64,000 nt of DNA, taken from NCBI GenBank assembly GCA_950097015.1, contig CATNEN010000007.1:10416001-10480000 (forward strand). The letters are read 5' to 3'. Origin of the DNA: Macrostomum hystrix. Its lineage: Eukaryota > Animalia > Platyhelminthes. The stretch's first letter is position 1. Every line of letters starts with the position of its first letter. Positions 58,676 through 64,000 of this stretch are shown here, in pieces. The notes below the pieces were generated by a model. It was not told the origin of the DNA, ran no database searches, and saw only the letters and a program-made list of their open reading frames with translations. A program made the position numbers and the translations under genes.

Positions 58676-61600
58676 CGCCTACTCGCTCGCTGCGGGTCTA
58701 ATGTCACCAAACGATGTGCATGTACTCACTGCCCTACTGTAAATATAACTTATCAACTATAAAGGTAGTCTAGCTGCGGAGTGAAAATAAATGCAGTATG
58801 TCTCTTAATTACTACTGTGAATTTTTATGTCAGTAGTATCTATGCAGCGCTGAAAACCATAAAGCAGTGGAGAAACTCCAGCTATATTTGCCATAAGACC
58901 CGAGGCTTAAGCCTTGATCGGTCGGCTGATATAGGTGCGCACTATAGCAAGCAAAAAAATACATAATACCTACATACACAATCCCCTCTAATTCTGCTTC
59001 TCTCTCTCCTGTGACACAAATTGCTTCGTCCTATTTAAAACCTGACATCGTGAAAATGACTAAATTTAGAAAACCGATTGGCGGAGTCGAGCGGCCCCTA
59101 ATTAAAATGTGGCACGCAAATCCATGCCGCCCACGAGCCATGCACAATGCAAGCCAAGGCAATCTAGTTAAGGATACACTTATTTAATTGTAGCCAGTTG
59201 AACACCTTCAGTTGAGCAGACTGACTCACTGTTAGCCTGTAATTCACTGTGTCAGCGATGCCTGAGGTGCATCAGATTTTGGTCCATTGCGCCGCGCTGT
59301 CTATGATTAAGATTGAGCTCATGTACGACCGTATAGCCGCCTAGCACCTAGGATAGCTCTGGGGCTCAGAGGTCCCACATAACCTGAGTATGATGATCAG
59401 AAACAGCCAAGGAGTTTCCGGACTAACCCAGGCCCGGATGCTTTCACAATCCTCAAATTTCACTTCCCCCAAGCATGGAGTTTTAAATGTAGGCTCCATT
59501 TTCTAGACCAGAACAGACTGACTGCAAGGCCCACACTAGCACTGGACAGCGAGGATGCACGGTTGATGCACAGTTGGGGAAAAGCGACGATAAATTCCTT
59601 TCTCTCCAACCTATCTTTAACATAGTTGTTTCATTAGAAAACTTTATAAATTCTATAAATTTTAGTTGTTGCTTGTGAGTTTGCCTGTTTTAGCTTGTGA
59701 CTTGTGCCTAAAGAACGTTTGAAAATGACAAAATTGTCATTTTCAAGACATAAAATGGAAATATTGTAATCTAAAAATCTTTCTTAATTCAGCTCGGCTA
59801 AAAATTTGGTGGATTTGATAGGAGTTTTTTTTCAACAAGTTCTCTGCGTTAAAACCTTTTAAGGTGTGTACTCGATATGGCAGATTTTATCAACTTGAGC
59901 ACATCGCATGTTCTTTAATACGACAATCAATTTAAGCAGTTTCCACTCTATAAACAATAATCGGTGCATTCTCTTGAGCTTCATGTTCATTTGTGACGCT
60001 TGGCTGATTTTCTATAGAAAAAAATTGCTATGCTTTTCTAGGTTTGATTCTGCTGACAGAAACGAGTATTACTTCCAGCTCTCGGTACTGACTATGTGCC
60101 CAGTGTAGGGTTTCGAGCCTTCCAAGAAATTTGGTATTCCTCCGACATGGCTCGATGGCATGCATGTCGCCGGGGCTTGAGGAATCGACACAGACTCGCT
60201 GTCATCTGGAGTGCAACGCCTCATGGTGCATGGGATTAGATTCGAATTCTCATTTCTGCAAATTCGCTCCTGTTCTGATCCCATATATCTTTATTAGCCG
60301 CCCTTCTCCGTTTCACAGTCTCAAACTTTCTTTAGGCATCACTCGCACCCAACTCTCTGAGCGGGGATTTGATTGCTTCTTTACCAAGTGGAAGATTGGG
60401 CCACGAGATGCGATTGCTGGCGCCTCACTTGGAGAACGGATCCGCATGGGACTTGAGGTCTTATTGGGCAACTCAAGCTGGATCGAAATGGGAGAAAAAG
60501 GAAGCTCAGTTCAGGAGAAAGTACACGAAGAGGTCGCGATCCCTCCACTCGAAAAAGAATAATTCACTCTGATCTTTCAGCGAACCTCCGTCTCGACAAC
60601 ACCGACATGTGCATTCGCTTCTGCTCCCGCCTTCAGTTCGAGTCCGGTGCTGCACGCGCCAGCTGGGAGCGCTCTGAAAGAGATGGGTAAGTGAAAGATA
60701 GGGAAGGGCGGTGGTTGAGAACCGCTGGATGGTGACTGCGACAGACAGTCAGACAGACAGCGCAGGCAGACATGCTAGATGGGTGGGGCAGATTGTCTGA
60801 GGCCCAGAAAAAAACTGATATTCAAAGATGCGGGAATTCACTGAAACAGACAAATAAGAAGACAAAAGGTCGAAGCAGGAATTTCAATAGTTTAGCCATC
60901 TTATGGAGGCCGAATTTCAGAGCTTTTGCGACCCAAGGCCTCACGATTTCAGTCGTAAAGGCTTTGGAGAAATAAACGTACAGCAACGAATCGAAGATTT
61001 AGTAGTGGCGGCGTGCCGTCACTTTGCTTTACTCGAAGCGGAATTTATTTAATAGCGGACTATGCATGTTTATATAGCAGCAGGGCGTAATAGTGCGTGT
61101 CGCGTGCTCGAACTCAAGTGCGTGTTTTTGTGTAGCAAATCTCGCCTCAAAAACTCTTTTTCTCTAGAAGCAGAACTGACATCTCCGAGGCGTGCAGCCT
61201 GCTCGTGACGGCGGGCTCCTTGAACTTTCCAACGGAGGATTTGGAGTACACGAGAGCACAGAGCACAGAGACAGAGAAATCGATGGGCCGAGTAGCGGCG
61301 TATAACAACAATTTTAAGGTCATTTTGAGTTGGGGACGAGCGAAAGCGAATGCAGCTGGTGGATGGAGCGGGAGCCAGGAGACTGCTCACTGCCCAGGAT
61401 GGCTGAGACGGGTGAAGAGGTGCGAGGCTTGAAGACTCGTCAAGAGCTCCGTCGCACAGTTTGTCTGGCTCGTCTTTTGTGTGCTGCACATTGGCTAAAG
61501 GGGCTGCCGCGATGAGAACGAATTGAGACATCGGGGACACTGGTCGGCGATGACGGGCGACTGGCGCGATGAGGTTGGAGAGGAGTCTGGAGGGGCTCCA

Positions 61601-61912
61601 ACCTGAACAATCATATTTTAGGCATGATAAAAACACGCTGTGCAGTAATAAACTTTTGACAATATCCTAGCAACAACTGACAGCGGAAAAGCGAGACATG
61701 GGAAAGAGCCTTCTTTTACAGCGGAGAGTCCGCGATTCGGCTCGAATAGGTTGCAAAGAGGCCTTGGATACTATGGCATATCAGAATCGACTTCAGATGG
61801 AAGAGAGAAGACAATATTGCACTATAGACTCGCTCGCAGTGCAAGGAGTCAAATAGACGAAGAAATCGAGTGAGAGAACAAAGTAGAGAATCAAGAGACA
61901 CGTGCGCGAATG

Positions 61913-62953
61913 TCACTTGGCAGTCCAAATGAAGCTGTTGTTGTCCCAGGCGCCAGTGGCCACCGCCAGGCCGCTGGGGCTGATGCCCAGGCAGGAGATC
62001 CGGTTGTCGTGGCCCAGCATGATGCCGACCCGCTCCTCCAGCAGGGTGTCCCAAACGTGGCAGTTGTAGTCGTCGTAGCCGGCAATGAGGAGGCGGCCGC
62101 TGCGGGACACGGCTAGGCAGGTGCTGCCGCACTGAATAAATTCGTCGCTGAAGTTGGCGAGCATCTGGTCGGCGCGGATGTCCCACATTCGGCAGCTGCC
62201 GTCGTCAGAGGAGGTGGCAAAGGCGTAATCGCACTGCGGAAAGTAGTCAACACCGTTGACGTCCATCTCGTGGCCTTCGTAAGTGGCTCGGCAGTGGCGC
62301 TCGCGCAAGTCCCACAGCTTGGCAGTGTGGTCACTAGAGGCGCTGACAAAGTGCCGGTGATTTTCGGCTAATGCAAGTGCATTCACGTCGTTCTCATGAC
62401 CTTCGAAGCGGTGAACAATCTTGCCAGTTTCCAAATCCCAGAAGGCGCAGGACTTGTCGCCTGATGAGGTGACGCAATGCTTGGAGTCGGTGAAACGGAT
62501 GCAGGCCAGGTAGCCCTCGTGACCAGTGAGTTCCACAGGCTCTGCCTCCGTGTCGTCAAGGTTGTGTATGGACAGCAGGTTGTCAAGTCCACCGCTGGCC
62601 ACCCGAGTGTTGTCCGGGTTGAACCGGCAGGACATGACCCAGGCGGTCTTCAGGAAGATGGCGTTCAGCTTGGCGCACGAGAACGCATCCCACAGGAAGA
62701 TTTTGCCGTCCTGGCCGGCCGTGATGAGGTTGGTCGACTCGCTGCCCCACTGCAGGTCGGTCAGCTTGGCGAGGTGGCCATGCAGCTCCTTGCGTACCTT
62801 GAACTTGAGTCGACCCAGCGGCTGCTGATTCTCAGTGGCCGTCACGTAGTCGGCGTCAGCCACCTCTTTTCGCGCCACTTTGATCTTCGCCTTCATTTCT
62901 TTGATCTCCTCCATCAGCTTCTGCTCCTCCTCGCACGGCTGATCGTCGTCCAT
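61913..62953 (-). CDS. Heterotrimeric G-protein beta subunit, divergent, CDS intronless, 346 aa
   Basis: N-terminal coiled coil plus 7 WD40 repeats with G-beta motifs LHGHLAK, QDGK, WVMSC, ASGGLDN, TSSGDKSCAFWD, SDDGSCRMWDIRADQ, SRSGRLLIAGYDDYNCHVWD and GHDNRISCLG...ATGAWD. The ATG at 62953 gives a canonical length. Confidence 0.93.
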   Translation of the reverse strand: MDDDQPCEEEQKLMEEIKEMKAKIKVARKEVADADYVTATENQQPLGRLKFKVRKELHGHLAKLTDLQWGSESTNLITAGQDGKIFLWDAFSCAKLNAIFLKTAWVMSCRFNPDNTRVASGGLDNLLSIHNLDDTEAEPVELTGHEGYLACIRFTDSKHCVTSSGDKSCAFWDLETGKIVHRFEGHENDVNALALAENHRHFVSASSDHTAKLWDLRERHCRATYEGHEMDVNGVDYFPQCDYAFATSSDDGSCRMWDIRADQMLANFSDEFIQCGSTCLAVSRSGRLLIAGYDDYNCHVWDTLLEERVGIMLGHDNRISCLGISPSGLAVATGAWDNNSFIWTAK

Positions 62954-64000
62954 GCCTGCGCCTTGGCTTCTATTTTGCTGCCTGATCTGCTTCTTCTTCT
63001 TTGTTCTGCGATTGCTGGAACTTGGCTGCCTTGTCCCAAAGGCCGGGCTCCAGTTGATACGGGCTTTAGCAGTAGTTAAGCAGGCAGCGGAAAGTATCGC
63101 AGTGTCAGATTCTTCCCTCCCTGCCTTGCTTTCTTGAACTCTCCAGTCCCTCCCGGTCTCTTGTGTGTATGTGAGCTGTTTCCCCACTCGCCTTGAGAAG
63201 TCGGCTAACGCTAGGGGAAGAGAGAGAGGGAAGTCTGGGCCGATACAAAACAGTCCCAGCGAACACACACTAGACCTGAGCCCCTCTTCCCCATTTCCTT
63301 TCCACTGTCTGTCTGCCCCCGCCGCGTGCGTCCCCCCAGCCCAGCCACAATATCGCGCTGAGGTGGGCGGCGCGGAGTGCAGTCTGGCCGCCGGGGTTTG
63401 AACAGGGAGGGCGTGGGCTGGCGTGGGGCGGCAAGGCGGGCTAGGGGAGGGTTGAGGGGGGTTGCGGATGGCCTGACCAAAAGTTATCGATCGTATTCTG
63501 CAGACAGAAATGCGGGGGGGTCGCTTGGAGGGGTTGAAGGTCTGGAACGGTTAGGCCTAAATGCCCATTCCCCACGGATCAATAACTTTGCGCTCGTTAG
63601 AGCCTTTCTCCTTTTACAGCGCCGGTGCGTACACTGGGGTGGCGCCGCCTTGCGCACAGCAGAAAGCTAAACTAAGGCCCGCATTTTTTCTAATTAAGTC
63701 GTCGCCTAATACCCCACAATCTCTCTTCAGCATCCCCATCAATCTCTGCACTGTCAGATTCCCCTCCCACTCGCCTGGATCCTGCAGCCAGCCAGCCAAC
63801 CGGGGCCGCTGTGGCCAGTCGCACAGCCTGTGCATAGCTCGCGCACCAATAAATGGCTGAATATTAGTTAGAGTTATAGCCTATAGGGGAGTTTATTGGG
63901 GCGGTGGAGTGGGGGTTGCTGAACTCTCCGGCCATTCCGCCCCTCCAAGTCGTGCTGATTCCTCTAGAATTCGTGCGCGCATTAGGCTAGCGTCCTTTTC

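Noticed and set aside
59908-61636. Short ORFs and splice-like sites between NK7 and G-beta
   Set aside because: No coherent frame or homology; could be non-coding transcript or UTR.
62954-63268. 105-aa N-terminal extension of G-beta in the ORF track
   Set aside because: Starts at a non-ATG codon and has no G-beta similarity; most likely 5' UTR or intron.

Overview
Eukaryotic (animal) genomic DNA with GT-AG spliceosomal genes, GC-rich exons and about 25 different tandem arrays, most of them intronic. The style resembles the flatworm Macrostomum, which is inference only. Genes I could splice by hand: (1) EXOC8/Exo84 on the minus strand, running off the left edge. (2) Head-to-head with it, a 14-exon, ~1495-aa plus-strand gene with PH-like, PPxY, Trp-less WW-like, Gly-rich and probable DUF7932-like regions; a 1.7-kb same-strand polyQ ORF lies inside its intron 6. 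(3) A SYT14/SYT16-type tandem-C2 gene on the minus strand, with a ~9.9-kb 25-bp higher-order satellite filling intron 2. (4) A 638-aa orphan beginning MGQCAACC. (5) An NK7 homeobox gene. (6) An intronless, divergent G-protein beta subunit. There are also two copies of a tRNA-derived SINE. Most short ORFs in the supplied track are repeat or antisense artefacts. The best leads are the uncharacterised multidomain gene with its nested, phase-compatible ORF, and the locus-specific minisatellites that sit next to, and sometimes copy, splice sites.
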